Positions 9,631 to 19,314 of a DNA stretch of 64,000 nt are shown piece by piece. Made by a program: the position numbers and the translations under genes. Source of the DNA: a bacterium (GTDB taxonomy: Bacteria; Hydrothermota; UBA3073; JACQXS01; JAQTXJ01); the NCBI GenBank assembly GCA_028716385.1, contig JAQUPX010000007.1:17017-81016 (forward strand). Reading direction: 5' to 3'. How positions within the stretch are numbered: the first letter of the stretch is position 1; each line of letters begins with the position of its first letter. The notes under the pieces were generated by a model. That model was not told where the DNA came from. It did no database searches and worked only from the letters and a program-made list of their open reading frames with translations.

Positions 9631-11067
9631 GTGAATCTTCTTTTAATTATCAGTCTTTTTACCCAAACTCCCGAAATAAGTAGCAAGTTTTCAAATGACC
9701 TGAATGTCTGGGGTTGGAAAAAAGAAACCGCAGATACCACAACTAAACTGGATACCGCTTCAATAGAAAATTCTCTCTCTCTCAGCGCACAATGGCTTTA
9801 TTTTAACGGACTTTTTGAAACATTATATCTGGACAAAAAAATCTATATAAAAAAACGTATCTCTTTTGAAGCTCCAAATGTATCTTTCCTTATGGGTGAT
9901 TTTTACGAAACTTACGGGAATGGACTTATGTTGGGTATGACAGCCATTGAATCAAAAGGCTATGAAAGAAGAATTAACGGAGCAAGAGCATCTACAAAAC
10001 TCGGTCGCGTTACTTTGTCGGAAATATACGGTAGTCCATTGATAATAGATAGAGCTAATCAGAGATATGCTTTAAAAACTGATGTCTCGGCTGATACATC
10101 CGATAGATTAGGTGGTATAAATCTCTCTGTACCAATCCCGGTAGCACAAACAATTTTTAATGCCAGAGGCATAGCACTAAAACAAGACTATCGCGGCTAC
10201 ATCTCTCCCGTCTATATGACTCTAATAGGAGGAGACTTAAAGTTAAATACCAGCTGGTGCGAGTTTAATGCAGAAGGGGTGAGAAAAACAAGTTCAGATA
10301 CCCTTGATACATTAGGCTACGGCGCTTACTTAAATACAAAACTTTACCTGAATTCTTATGTCTTTGGAATACACGGTTTGTACTACGAACAACTTAATAC
10401 TTATAAATATAGCTGTTTGCCAACTATAAATAAAAACGAATACTCCATAAACGAAGGCAAAGATGAATTGGGATATAAATTCAGTTTACAAAAAGCTTTT
10501 GATGAACTTATCGTTAATTCTTACTTTGCAAATACCTTTACCCGACTGGAAAAAAACACAAACGGCAACGGAAGAAAATTACTCGAAACTTACGCAGACA
10601 TAGAATTTAAAGATATAAACGCTTCCTTCAGAACGGCTGATCTTGATTCGGGAATTGACCCCCATTATAAAAGCAAACAACAAATAGAAAGCGAATTTGT
10701 CGGGGAAATTAAAATGCTTAAAGGGGAAATCCTCCTCTCAAAAGTAAACGGAAACTCATTGGAAGATTCTACCGTATATTTTTATGACACAGGATTTGGA
10801 TTGGATTTCTTTATAAACGAACAATTTACTCTCTATTATACCTTTACAAGACGTTCTAAAGACCTATTTGGAGAAACACAAGAGATACATGTTGAATCAC
10901 CCGGAAAACAATGGTCAGGGATAGGGTTAAAAGTCAACATCGCAGATAAAGTCCTCGGCGAAATATGGTACGGTAACGAAAAAGGCGGACTCGTATGCTC
11001 CGGCGGAACCTGTAGATGGGTAGAACCCTATAATGGATTAAAAGCAAAAGTAAATCTAAACTTCTAA
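9631..11067 (+). CDS. putative outer-membrane beta-barrel protein
   Basis: 478 aa, rich in alternating amphipathic segments, C-terminal residue Phe (…KVNLNF) typical of outer-membrane beta-barrels; no catalytic motif. Confidence 0.45.
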   Translation: MNLLLIISLFTQTPEISSKFSNDLNVWGWKKETADTTTKLDTASIENSLSLSAQWLYFNGLFETLYLDKKIYIKKRISFEAPNVSFLMGDFYETYGNGLMLGMTAIESKGYERRINGARASTKLGRVTLSEIYGSPLIIDRANQRYALKTDVSADTSDRLGGINLSVPIPVAQTIFNARGIALKQDYRGYISPVYMTLIGGDLKLNTSWCEFNAEGVRKTSSDTLDTLGYGAYLNTKLYLNSYVFGIHGLYYEQLNTYKYSCLPTINKNEYSINEGKDELGYKFSLQKAFDELIVNSYFANTFTRLEKNTNGNGRKLLETYADIEFKDINASFRTADLDSGIDPHYKSKQQIESEFVGEIKMLKGEILLSKVNGNSLEDSTVYFYDTGFGLDFFINEQFTLYYTFTRRSKDLFGETQEIHVESPGKQWSGIGLKVNIADKVLGEIWYGNEKGGLVCSGGTCRWVEPYNGLKAKVNLNF

Positions 11068-11160
11068 TATATTTTTTTCCCCTCCAACTTTCTGTTCTCT
11101 GCAACCTCTTTTTTTAAACTCTTTTCTGTCTGTTTTTTAAACTCTAAGTTTTATTTGTTT

Positions 11161-11400
11161 TCTGTTCTCTGCGGAAATCCCATTCTGTTTATCCTAATTA
11201 TATCTGTTTCTTTTACGAAGCTCTTTCCGCCTCTGGCGGATTACTTACAATCCCTTATGTAAATTAGGGAGTGTTGTCCGGAATCTTTTACCAGAGAGAT
11301 TCGTATCTGGAGCGAAGCGAAAGACTCTACCTTTTCTGTTTTCTTTAATCCTGTCTATCTGCGTTCACCTGCGTCCTAAAAATTTCCGTTCTCTGTTCTT
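11161..11400. repeat. composite dispersed repeat: two blocks shared with 17073-17200, separated here by a ~115-bp insert containing a CCGCC-N4-GGCGG hairpin
   Basis: Block 1 TCTGTTCTCTGCGGAAATCCCATTCTGTTTATCCTAATTATATCTGTT; block 2 CTACCTTTTCTGTTTTCTTTAATCCTGTCTATCTGCGTTCACCTGCGTCC…; both near-identical to 17073-17200. Confidence 0.85.
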
Positions 11401-11529
11401 CTTGTCTGTGTTGTTCTGTGACATTCTGTGGCTAAAAATTTTTCCGTTATCTGTGGCTTTGTTTCTCCTTACTCAACTAACTTAACTCCATTTTTTTCTG
11501 CCGCACGCAGGTTATTTAGGAAAAAGACC

Positions 11530-11739
11530 TCACCCGTTTTTGGATTTTCTTACTGCTTTCGAAAAACTAATTACGCCTATTATTCCTATTATCGCGCCGA
11601 TAACTGACAACATCCCCGAAATGTCATACTTCCAGTTCCAGTTAGCAGAAGGCTGTATCGCACCCGTAATTCTAAAAAAGTTAAACTGAAATGCCATTGC
11701 ACATCCGATAATAATTAAAACCGCACTCCTCTTTTTCAT
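11530..11739 (-). CDS. small two-helix membrane protein (hypothetical)
   Basis: 69-aa ORF with an N-terminal hydrophobic helix and a C-terminal GxxxG-rich helix (IGAIIGIIGVISF); embedded in a repeat-rich intergenic region. Confidence 0.3.
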   Translation of the reverse strand: MKKRSAVLIIIGCAMAFQFNFFRITGAIQPSANWNWKYDISGMLSVIGAIIGIIGVISFSKAVRKSKNG

Positions 11740-11814
11740 TTCCCCTCCATTTTTGCTAGTTATAATCTGTTATTACTGTTTACTTTAGTGTTTTTATCCG
11801 TGCTCATCCGTGTC

Positions 11815-11855
11815 TTTTATCCCTGCCTACCGGCAGGCAGGCGTGGCTAAATTCT
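11815..11855. repeat. palindrome element variant copy
   Basis: CCTGCCTACCGGCAGGCAGGCGTGGCTAAATTC. Confidence 0.8.
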
Positions 11856-12016
11856 TTTTGTTCTTCTGTTTGTTTTATCCGTGTTTATTCGCGCCTGCCT
11901 GCCGATCTTTTTGGCAGGTTTTAATCTTGTGCAATCTCGTGGTTCCAATTTGTTGTTTTTTTGCACTATAATTTTCTTTCTCTCTGCGACTCTTCGGTGA
12001 AAAACTTCTTTTAATT

Positions 12017-12226
12017 CTAAACTTTCTTATTCTTCACCAACTCCGCGAACTTCTCAAACGTCCGATTATACGTCCTTTCCTCGGCTTCAGGGAAAAAGCA
12101 CGCGGGCAATTCTCTCATCCCAAGATGATACTGCAAACAATCACAGCAAACTCCTTTCCTGGAACATCCCCCGTATGAACAATTACAAACTTTTACGTTT
12201 CTACTCTGCTTGCATTCCATAATCAC
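12017..12226 (-). CDS. small cysteine-rich putative metal-binding protein
   Basis: 69 aa with a CxCx5Cx5CCxC…H cluster (CNCSYGGCSRKGVCCDCLQYH); start overlaps the upstream stop (ATGA at 12223-12226), indicating translational coupling. Confidence 0.5.
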   Translation of the reverse strand: MIMECKQSRNVKVCNCSYGGCSRKGVCCDCLQYHLGMRELPACFFPEAEERTYNRTFEKFAELVKNKKV

Positions 12227-13056
12227 TCCTTTACGACTTTGATTGATAAAATTCTATCCATCCTGAAAGTCCTTCTCTGTTCTCTCAAAAAACAATGCGC
12301 AACAAGATACGTATAATCCTTGTGCGGAGCAATTTCTATCGGCTTTATCGTCCGGACGGTATGTTTCCCGTCTTCTGACATATACCTGATCTTTAACTTC
12401 CTGTCCCATTTTATCGCTTCTTCAACCTCCGGTGGTAATATTAATTCCCCATAAGTCGGAAATACTACCGTTCCCCCGTTAAATTCCAGAAGCTGATACA
12501 ACGTATCCAGATTATATTTTCTTTTAAACTCTTTCAAAAACATATAAAAAATCTTCCGTGTCAATATTGCGTCTTCCATCGCCCTGTGAGAATGCACGAC
12601 GTTTATTCCCAGGTGCGAAGCAATATTACTCAAACTATTCGAGGGAAATTGGAAATATGTCCTTGCCAGCGTCAACGTATCAATTACTATGTTTTTCGGA
12701 AATTTCATTCTTAACCCGTTCAACTGCGAACCGATAAAATTCAAGTCAAAAGGTGCATTATGCGCTACGATTACGGAATTTTCTATGAATTTGAAAAACT
12801 TATCCGTGACTTCACTGAAAGCAGGCGCGTATTTTACCATATCGGAAGTGATACGGTTAACCATAAATGCCCCTATGGAAATTGGAACATACGGATTTAT
12901 AAGTGTATGATAAGAATCGGAAGTTCTGTTACTGACAACCTTGAGTAACCCGATTTCACATATCCTGTCGCCATAATGTGGATGAAGCCCTGTAGTCTCA
13001 ACATCGAGGAAAACAAACGGAACTTTATTTAACGGTAAATCTTCGCTTAATCGCAT
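12223..13056 (-). CDS. DEDDh (DnaQ/PolIII-epsilon-like) 3-prime-5-prime exonuclease fused to a C-terminal WYL domain
   Basis: Exo motifs FLDVETTGL, AHNAPFDLNFI and HRAMEDA; the C-terminal ~100 aa match the WYL core (KIRYMSEDG…YTYLVAHCFLREQRRTFRMDRILSIKVV). Confidence 0.8.
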   Translation of the reverse strand: MRLSEDLPLNKVPFVFLDVETTGLHPHYGDRICEIGLLKVVSNRTSDSYHTLINPYVPISIGAFMVNRITSDMVKYAPAFSEVTDKFFKFIENSVIVAHNAPFDLNFIGSQLNGLRMKFPKNIVIDTLTLARTYFQFPSNSLSNIASHLGINVVHSHRAMEDAILTRKIFYMFLKEFKRKYNLDTLYQLLEFNGGTVVFPTYGELILPPEVEEAIKWDRKLKIRYMSEDGKHTVRTIKPIEIAPHKDYTYLVAHCFLREQRRTFRMDRILSIKVVKE

Positions 13057-13128
13057 TCCGTAATACTTGCCTACCGCAGGCAGGTATGCTCCTGTTATTG
13101 ACTGCGCTCACAACCGAATCAGGCTAGT

Positions 13129-15564
13129 CTATTTTTTTCTTCTCTTTTTCTTCTTTTCTTTCCCGTCTTTCCCACCGGAAAAAGAACGCCATTTCTGTAT
13201 GAAATCTTCCAATCTCTCGCTTACCAGCCAGTTTATAGTCCCTTTTTCGTAACTGCCATTTTTTTCCAGGTCGCCTGCTTTAATCCCGGTTAATACTTCA
13301 ATCCCTTCATCAATACTCTTTATTGCATATATATGGAATTTACCCTGTTTTACGGCTTTCACAACCTCATCCAGCAACATAAGGTCTTTAACGTTTTGCT
13401 GCGGAATCATAACTCCCTGCTTGCCTGTGAAACCTCTGATTTTACATATGCCGTAAAAACCTTCTACTTTCTCGGTTACTCCGCCAATTGCCTGTATTTC
13501 TCCTTTTTGATTTACGGAACCCGTTACTGCAATATCCTGTCTTAACGGCAATCCCGAGAGAGCCGAAATAAGAGCATATAATTCCGTAGAAGAAGCAGAA
13601 TCTCCTTCTACTCCGCCATAGGATTGCTCAAAACAAAGACTGGCGCTTAAAATCAACGGTTTATCCTGAGCGTATTTTCCTCTCAGATAACCGGAAAGTA
13701 TTAATACTCCTTTGTTATGAATCTTACCGCTTAATTCTGCTTCACGCTCTATGTTAATTATTCCCGCATCCCCGACTCCTACTTTCGCGGTAATTCTTGC
13801 CGGCTTTCCAAATGCATAATCTCCCGCATCATATACCGATAACCCATTTACCTGGCCAATTACACTGCCGGAAATATCAATCATAATTGTGCCGTCAGCT
13901 AACATCTCTTCTATCTTTTCTTCAATTAGTCGGCTGCGTTCAAATTTCTGGTATACCGCCTTCTTTACATAATCTTCTGTAATTAAAGTTTTATTATCCC
14001 TTTTTGTCCAGTAGTTGGCTTCGCAAAGCAAGTCTGCTATATGATGGAACTGGGTGGAAAGTTTATCCTGTTTCCTCGCAAGACGCATTCCGTATTCTAT
14101 AATCTGTATACAGGCAGCCCTGTCAAAATTCAGCAGTTTCTCCGTTTCCACTATTTTCTTTATAAAATTGGCATACTCTTTTATCGTGTCTTTCCTTACT
14201 TCCATACTTGAGTCAAAATCCGCACGTATCTTGAATATCTTTTTGAAGTCTTCGTCGTATTCATATAACAAATTATATAAATGGAAAGGGCCAACCATAA
14301 CCACTTTTACGTCAATATCTACTGCTTCCGGTTTTAACCCGGAAACCGAAAACATATAAGAAGGATTATAATTCTGAACGTCTAATTTACGATTCCTTAA
14401 TATTCGTTTTAGATTTGTCCACACGCCCGGCTCTATAAGAGTATCCATTGCATCTATTATTAAAAATCCGCCTTCTGCTTTCAAAATAGACCCTGCTTTT
14501 ACATCCATAAAATCCGCGCCCCATTCCCCGTAAGCATTTAATCTTGATTCTATGCCCCCAAATAAATTACGGTAAGTCGGTGAGGTCTCAAAAATAACAG
14601 GCGCAGATTTCTTCCCGTAGTTATCAACAAGTAAATTAACATTATACCTGCGGAACGTATCTTCTTCGTCCGATTTTTTCTGCTCCAAAAACTTAGCAAT
14701 GTTATCTACAATATCTACCTTTATATCATCAAGATATTTATTCAGCTTTTCATTCTTATGCTGGGCTTTTATTTCTTCTACCCTGTGCTCTATAATAGGC
14801 AAAATATGTTCCAATTCTAATTGTCTCATCCTGTCTTCAAGGGAAATCTCAATCTTCCTTATGGATTTTAGAGTCGCTTCTAACTTTCCGTTCAATCTGG
14901 TATAGTCTTCTTCTATCTTTTTTATCTTATCCTTATTACCTTCAAGTTTAAGCTTCTGGACATCTGCCGGTTTTCCATCTATTAAAGGAACAAGACTCGG
15001 TCTTACATACTGGCCTGTCTGAACCTGCATTATCGTAAACCCTGCACTCTCGGCTTCCTTCTCAAAAATTTCTCCAACCTCTTTCTCTTTTTTCTTGTAT
15101 TCCTCTATTATTTCTTTTTTCTTCTTATCATACTCCTTGCTCTCAAATACGGCAGGTATCGATTTTGTAAGGTATTGGATTAAACCTTGCATCTCTTTCT
15201 TGAAAACTCTTCCCTCCCCTGCAGAAAAATTAAGAAAAATAGGCTCGTCAGGATTCTTGAAATTATTTACATAGCATTTATCTCTAGGTATGTTTTTAGT
15301 CCTTGGTGATTCTTTTATAAGTCTTTTAACTGTAGTTTTTCTTCCTGTTCCGATTTCACCGGTTACAAATATATTATACCCCGTGCTGTCTATGTCCAAC
15401 CCAACTCTTAACGCATTTATTGCACGAGTCTGCCCGATTATCTCAGGCCTCAATTTGATTTCAGCCGTAGTTTTGAAATCCAGAAATGCCTCGTCACATA
15501 TATATTTTAATTTACTTATCGGTAATTCTTCTTTTCGAACCGCTTTTTTTAACTTATACGCCAT
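13129..15564 (-). CDS. LonC-like Lon-family (S16) protease with a split, degenerate AAA+ module
   Basis: Degenerate P-loop VTGEIGTGRKTT; long coiled-coil insertion before the Walker B-like GGFLIIDAMD; C-terminal Lon proteolytic domain (GDSASSTELYALISALSGLPLRQDIAVTGSVNQKGEIQAIGGV); Lys-rich tail. Confidence 0.8.
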   Translation of the reverse strand: MAYKLKKAVRKEELPISKLKYICDEAFLDFKTTAEIKLRPEIIGQTRAINALRVGLDIDSTGYNIFVTGEIGTGRKTTVKRLIKESPRTKNIPRDKCYVNNFKNPDEPIFLNFSAGEGRVFKKEMQGLIQYLTKSIPAVFESKEYDKKKKEIIEEYKKKEKEVGEIFEKEAESAGFTIMQVQTGQYVRPSLVPLIDGKPADVQKLKLEGNKDKIKKIEEDYTRLNGKLEATLKSIRKIEISLEDRMRQLELEHILPIIEHRVEEIKAQHKNEKLNKYLDDIKVDIVDNIAKFLEQKKSDEEDTFRRYNVNLLVDNYGKKSAPVIFETSPTYRNLFGGIESRLNAYGEWGADFMDVKAGSILKAEGGFLIIDAMDTLIEPGVWTNLKRILRNRKLDVQNYNPSYMFSVSGLKPEAVDIDVKVVMVGPFHLYNLLYEYDEDFKKIFKIRADFDSSMEVRKDTIKEYANFIKKIVETEKLLNFDRAACIQIIEYGMRLARKQDKLSTQFHHIADLLCEANYWTKRDNKTLITEDYVKKAVYQKFERSRLIEEKIEEMLADGTIMIDISGSVIGQVNGLSVYDAGDYAFGKPARITAKVGVGDAGIINIEREAELSGKIHNKGVLILSGYLRGKYAQDKPLILSASLCFEQSYGGVEGDSASSTELYALISALSGLPLRQDIAVTGSVNQKGEIQAIGGVTEKVEGFYGICKIRGFTGKQGVMIPQQNVKDLMLLDEVVKAVKQGKFHIYAIKSIDEGIEVLTGIKAGDLEKNGSYEKGTINWLVSERLEDFIQKWRSFSGGKDGKEKKKKRRKK

Positions 15565-15739
15565 CTCTTCCTCCTGATTAATATCTACTTAAACAATAAT
15601 TAAAATACACTATCCTATTACTAATTAAATGTCAATCCTTTTTACTTTTACCAATACTTAAAATATCAAAATATTGTGGGGTTAAACCTGCCTGACAGTA
15701 AGCAGGAAAGATATTACTACTAATTATACGCAGTTACAA

Positions 15740-16846
15740 TTAAAATACTCTTGCAGTTTCAACTGGCTTGCCGGGTTCAAATTTCAATATCATTAAGCTT
15801 CTCCTCGGATCCTTATTCCCGGTAAAACTTATAATTCCCGTAGCACCTGTAAGACCTATCTTGCCAATGTTTTCCTTAAATGCTTTTCTGGAACATTCTT
15901 TCCCTGTAACAAAAGTTTTTTCAACTATCCTTGTTGCATCAAAGCCTAATGCTGAGAACGTTTGCGGCTCGCTTCCATACTTATCCCAGAAACTATGCAA
16001 AAAGTCCTGGACCTCTGCTAACCCATAATTGTAAAAGAAATGGGTTGAATAATAAATCTCGCCCTTTTTGTTTCCAACTATTTTCTGTAATTCCGGTGAA
16101 TCCAATCCATCTCCACCTATAAAAGGTTGCTCAAATCCCAAATTTCTTGCCCGTCTTATAAGAAGCCCTGCATTGTTGTAAAACAACGGAACTACTATGA
16201 AATCAGGTTTCTGTTCTTTTACAACTTTAAGCGGTGATTCAAAAACCGTATCTCCCGGAGTAACTGTTGTTTTAAGAAGTATTTTCCCACCTAATTTCGT
16301 AAATTCGGCTTCAAAACTTTCAGTCAATCCTATTGAATAAGGATCGCCGGCATCAAATATGACACACGCAGTAGAAAACCGTAAATCCTCTTTGGCAAAT
16401 GTTGCAAGCGCTATCCCCTGTGCCATATCAGTGCAGGATATTCTCCATACCCATTCTCTATCTCTGGTAGCATCAACACCGGTAGCTGCAGGTGTTATAA
16501 CAGGCAATCCAACTTTGTCTGCATACTCCGCAATTTTTATTACATTCGTTGTCGTTAGCGGCCCTATTATCGCTACTACCCCGGCTTTATCTAACTTCTC
16601 AATTGCTGTTTCTGCTGCATCCGGGTCGCCTTTATCATCTTCTACCAATAATTCAACCTGACTGGAATTTATACCACCCTTTTTGTTGATACCTTCTATT
16701 GCAAGCTGTATCCCCTTGAGACACATATCCCCATATGAAGATATTGATCCCGAAAGCGGAACGATAACTCCTATTTTTATTGGTTTTTTAGCACAACCAA
16801 AAACAAATAATCCTAATACTGCTACTGCTAGATACAATCTTTTCAT
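15740..16846 (-). CDS. periplasmic binding protein, type I (LivK/branched-chain amino-acid binding family), lipoprotein
   Basis: Lipoprotein signal MKRLYLAVAVLGLFVFGCAK; type-I PBP fold signatures (GVIVPLSGSISSYG…, VVAIIGPLTT); no adjacent permease/ATPase genes. Confidence 0.75.
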   Translation of the reverse strand: MKRLYLAVAVLGLFVFGCAKKPIKIGVIVPLSGSISSYGDMCLKGIQLAIEGINKKGGINSSQVELLVEDDKGDPDAAETAIEKLDKAGVVAIIGPLTTTNVIKIAEYADKVGLPVITPAATGVDATRDREWVWRISCTDMAQGIALATFAKEDLRFSTACVIFDAGDPYSIGLTESFEAEFTKLGGKILLKTTVTPGDTVFESPLKVVKEQKPDFIVVPLFYNNAGLLIRRARNLGFEQPFIGGDGLDSPELQKIVGNKKGEIYYSTHFFYNYGLAEVQDFLHSFWDKYGSEPQTFSALGFDATRIVEKTFVTGKECSRKAFKENIGKIGLTGATGIISFTGNKDPRRSLMILKFEPGKPVETARVF

Positions 16847-17072
16847 CTTCCTCTCCTCCCTACTTTTTTATACTTTTTATAATTTCTATTAGTTTCAAAA
16901 ATGGATATCTTCGGATGATAGATACTACAAGCCTACCACATAAAGTTTCACAAACTCCATTAGTTAACACAGTCTTATTTATTCTAATACTTTTCTATAA
17001 TAAACAAATATTCCTTTTAGTCAACTAAATTTTTATATATAATGCCTTTTCACCCCTTTATACTTTCTGTTC

Positions 17073-17200
17073 TCTGCGGAAATCCCATTCTGTTTATCCT
17101 AATTATATCTGTTCTTTTCTTTTTTGACTCTACCTTTTCTGTTTTCTTTAATCCTGTCTATCTGCGTTCACCTGCGTCCCTAAAAATTTCCGTTCTCTGT
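17073..17200. repeat. composite dispersed repeat (compact copy of 11161-11400)
   Basis: The same two blocks lie adjacent. Confidence 0.85.
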
Positions 17201-17378
17201 TTTTCCCCTTCTCCGTGCCTGCCCGCCGCAGGAGGGTCTCCGTGTCTATCTTCTCTGCGTCCTCCGTTTTGCACCTCTGTGTTCTCTGTGGTTGATCTTT
17301 CAGTTTTTTGTTTTTTCGTGTTTATTCGTTCCTCTTTCGTGGTTCTTCTTCTGTTTTCTTTCCACTTTTTAAAAAATA

Positions 17379-17407
17379 TTGACAAACCATCAGTTTAAAA
17401 GTATTTT
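17379..17407 (+). promoter_or_regulatory. putative sigma70-type promoter (TTGACA, 17-bp spacer, TATTTT) with an A-rich upstream tract
   Basis: TTGACA at 17379-17384 preceded by AAAAAATA; a hexamer TATTTT follows 17 bp downstream; lies ~110 bp upstream of the gene starting at 17517. Confidence 0.35.
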
Positions 17408-17516
17408 TTCCAAATTATACGGTTCATTAATAATATAATAAAAACTATTGAAGGAGGTAGTATAATTAAAAAATCGTTTTATAGTATAAATTAAAAATAT
17501 TTAACAAGGGGGAAAG

Positions 17517-19259
17517 ATGGCAAATTTAAGTGTTCTGTTGATGTTGATAGGACAAACATGGGCAAAAGCTTATGACGTATTTCATCTTGGATCATCCTAT
17601 ATCGATACCGCTTACTCAATTGTTTATGATAACGTAGATGATGCTTATATAACCGTTGGACACACAACTCCGGGTATACTGGCAACAAACGAAGTATTGG
17701 TCACAAAAATAAAAGTCAGTGACGGCACAGTAATGTGGTCGAAAAATTATGGGTTCCCGGGAGAATTCAGGAATATGGGGCGCTCCATTATAGTTGACCA
17801 CGATGGAGACGGTTTTTATGTTATAGCAGGTTACTGCAAACCTTCACAAACGGGAAAAACAAATCCCCTTATATTGAAAGTAAAAGCAAGTGATGGAGAG
17901 CTGGTATGGGGAAACACTTACCCCACAACCTATGGCGTACAACATACTGCCATTGATGCGTATGCATTTTCCATAGTAAAATCCGGCGGAGATTATTTAG
18001 TCGCCGGAAACGTTGAGCCCGGTCCTTGCGGAGATCCTTCCGATGCAATGGTATTAAGTGTAAATTCTGCAACCGGTGTTATAAACTGGGCATGGGCTTA
18101 TAGTAATACTCCATTTATGGGAATGTTCCCAACAAACGAATATGCATATTCCATTATTGAAGATTCTACCACAAGCCCTTGCAGCCTTTTTGTAGTTGCA
18201 GGAAAAAGATATGCAGCAACAGCACTAATATCGGCTATGCTTGTATTCAAAGGAAAAAAATCGGACGGTTCTATTGATCCGGCAACAAAATTTATTTATG
18301 ATTATATGGCAGCTCCGGTGACACAGGGACGATACGACTGCGCATATAATATAAAAAATGTCCCGGGGGGATATATATTAACAGGTAACACGGATTCCAA
18401 TATCGTTAACTTAAAACTTACTCCAAATTTACACCCGTTCTGGGCCGGAAGATGCAAAACTTACCATATTGCCACCGCTTCTAATTCAAGATGTATTGCG
18501 CCGACTTCCGACGGGAATTATGTTTTTACGGGCGCAACAACCCCGGGAGTCACCGGAACGTATGACTTACTTATTACCAAAATAGACCCGAACGGAGGAG
18601 TGCTCTGGGCAAACGCATTAGCCGGCTGCGGAAGCCATAATATGAATATGGACGACTACGGCAAATATATAGTAGAAGGTCCCCAGAATTACTACGCTGC
18701 CGTAGGTTATACACAATGGCCCACAAACTGGACACCTACAAATACGCTCGTTGCGAAAATTAATAAAGACGGATTTATTGACTGTCCGCAAGCAACGGAT
18801 ACTTGTTTCAAACCCGTTACCGTTGTTGTAGATTCTCCGGTACTCTCCATAGATAGCTCCTTTATAGATTGTGCACTCGACCTGACTTCGCTAACTCTTA
18901 TAGATACTAATATGACCGTTCGAGATACCTTGATTTGCTGGCATTCTATAGGGATTGACGATAATGGTTGTTCCTGCAACAGGGCAATATACGAAATATA
19001 TAATATGCCGAACCCCTGCATATTCAAGACTACCATTCATTACGGCTTAAAAACGGACGGGAACGTCAAAGTTTCCATATACGATTTAAGCGGAAGAACA
19101 ATAAAAGTTCTTTCCGATAGTTGGGTTAAATCGGGCAAACATAACATAATATGGGACGGCTTGAATGAAACGGGACAAAACGCGTTACCCGGAGTTTATC
19201 TGTATAAAATACAAACAGGAAAATCTACTGAAACTCATAAACTCTTAAAAATAAAATAG
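17517..19259 (+). CDS. secreted beta-propeller-repeat protein with T9SS C-terminal sorting domain
   Basis: RBS AAGGGGGAAAG; degenerate ~48-aa repeats (…DGxxxWxxxYG…) related to the gene at 44751; C-terminal domain KVSIYDLSGRTIKVL…GVYLYKIQTGKSTETHKLLKIK resembles the T9SS sorting domain. Confidence 0.7.
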   Translation: MANLSVLLMLIGQTWAKAYDVFHLGSSYIDTAYSIVYDNVDDAYITVGHTTPGILATNEVLVTKIKVSDGTVMWSKNYGFPGEFRNMGRSIIVDHDGDGFYVIAGYCKPSQTGKTNPLILKVKASDGELVWGNTYPTTYGVQHTAIDAYAFSIVKSGGDYLVAGNVEPGPCGDPSDAMVLSVNSATGVINWAWAYSNTPFMGMFPTNEYAYSIIEDSTTSPCSLFVVAGKRYAATALISAMLVFKGKKSDGSIDPATKFIYDYMAAPVTQGRYDCAYNIKNVPGGYILTGNTDSNIVNLKLTPNLHPFWAGRCKTYHIATASNSRCIAPTSDGNYVFTGATTPGVTGTYDLLITKIDPNGGVLWANALAGCGSHNMNMDDYGKYIVEGPQNYYAAVGYTQWPTNWTPTNTLVAKINKDGFIDCPQATDTCFKPVTVVVDSPVLSIDSSFIDCALDLTSLTLIDTNMTVRDTLICWHSIGIDDNGCSCNRAIYEIYNMPNPCIFKTTIHYGLKTDGNVKVSIYDLSGRTIKVLSDSWVKSGKHNIIWDGLNETGQNALPGVYLYKIQTGKSTETHKLLKIK

Positions 19260-19265
19260 CATTGT

Positions 19266-19306
19266 AAGGGCGAATCCGCTTCAGCATATTCGCCCTTCTG
19301 TTTTTT
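19266..19306 (+). terminator. intrinsic terminator
   Basis: AAGGGCGAAT, 12-nt loop, ATTCGCCCTT, then CTGTTTTTT, immediately after the stop of the 17517-19259 gene. Confidence 0.7.
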
Positions 19307-19314
19307 AACGATAA

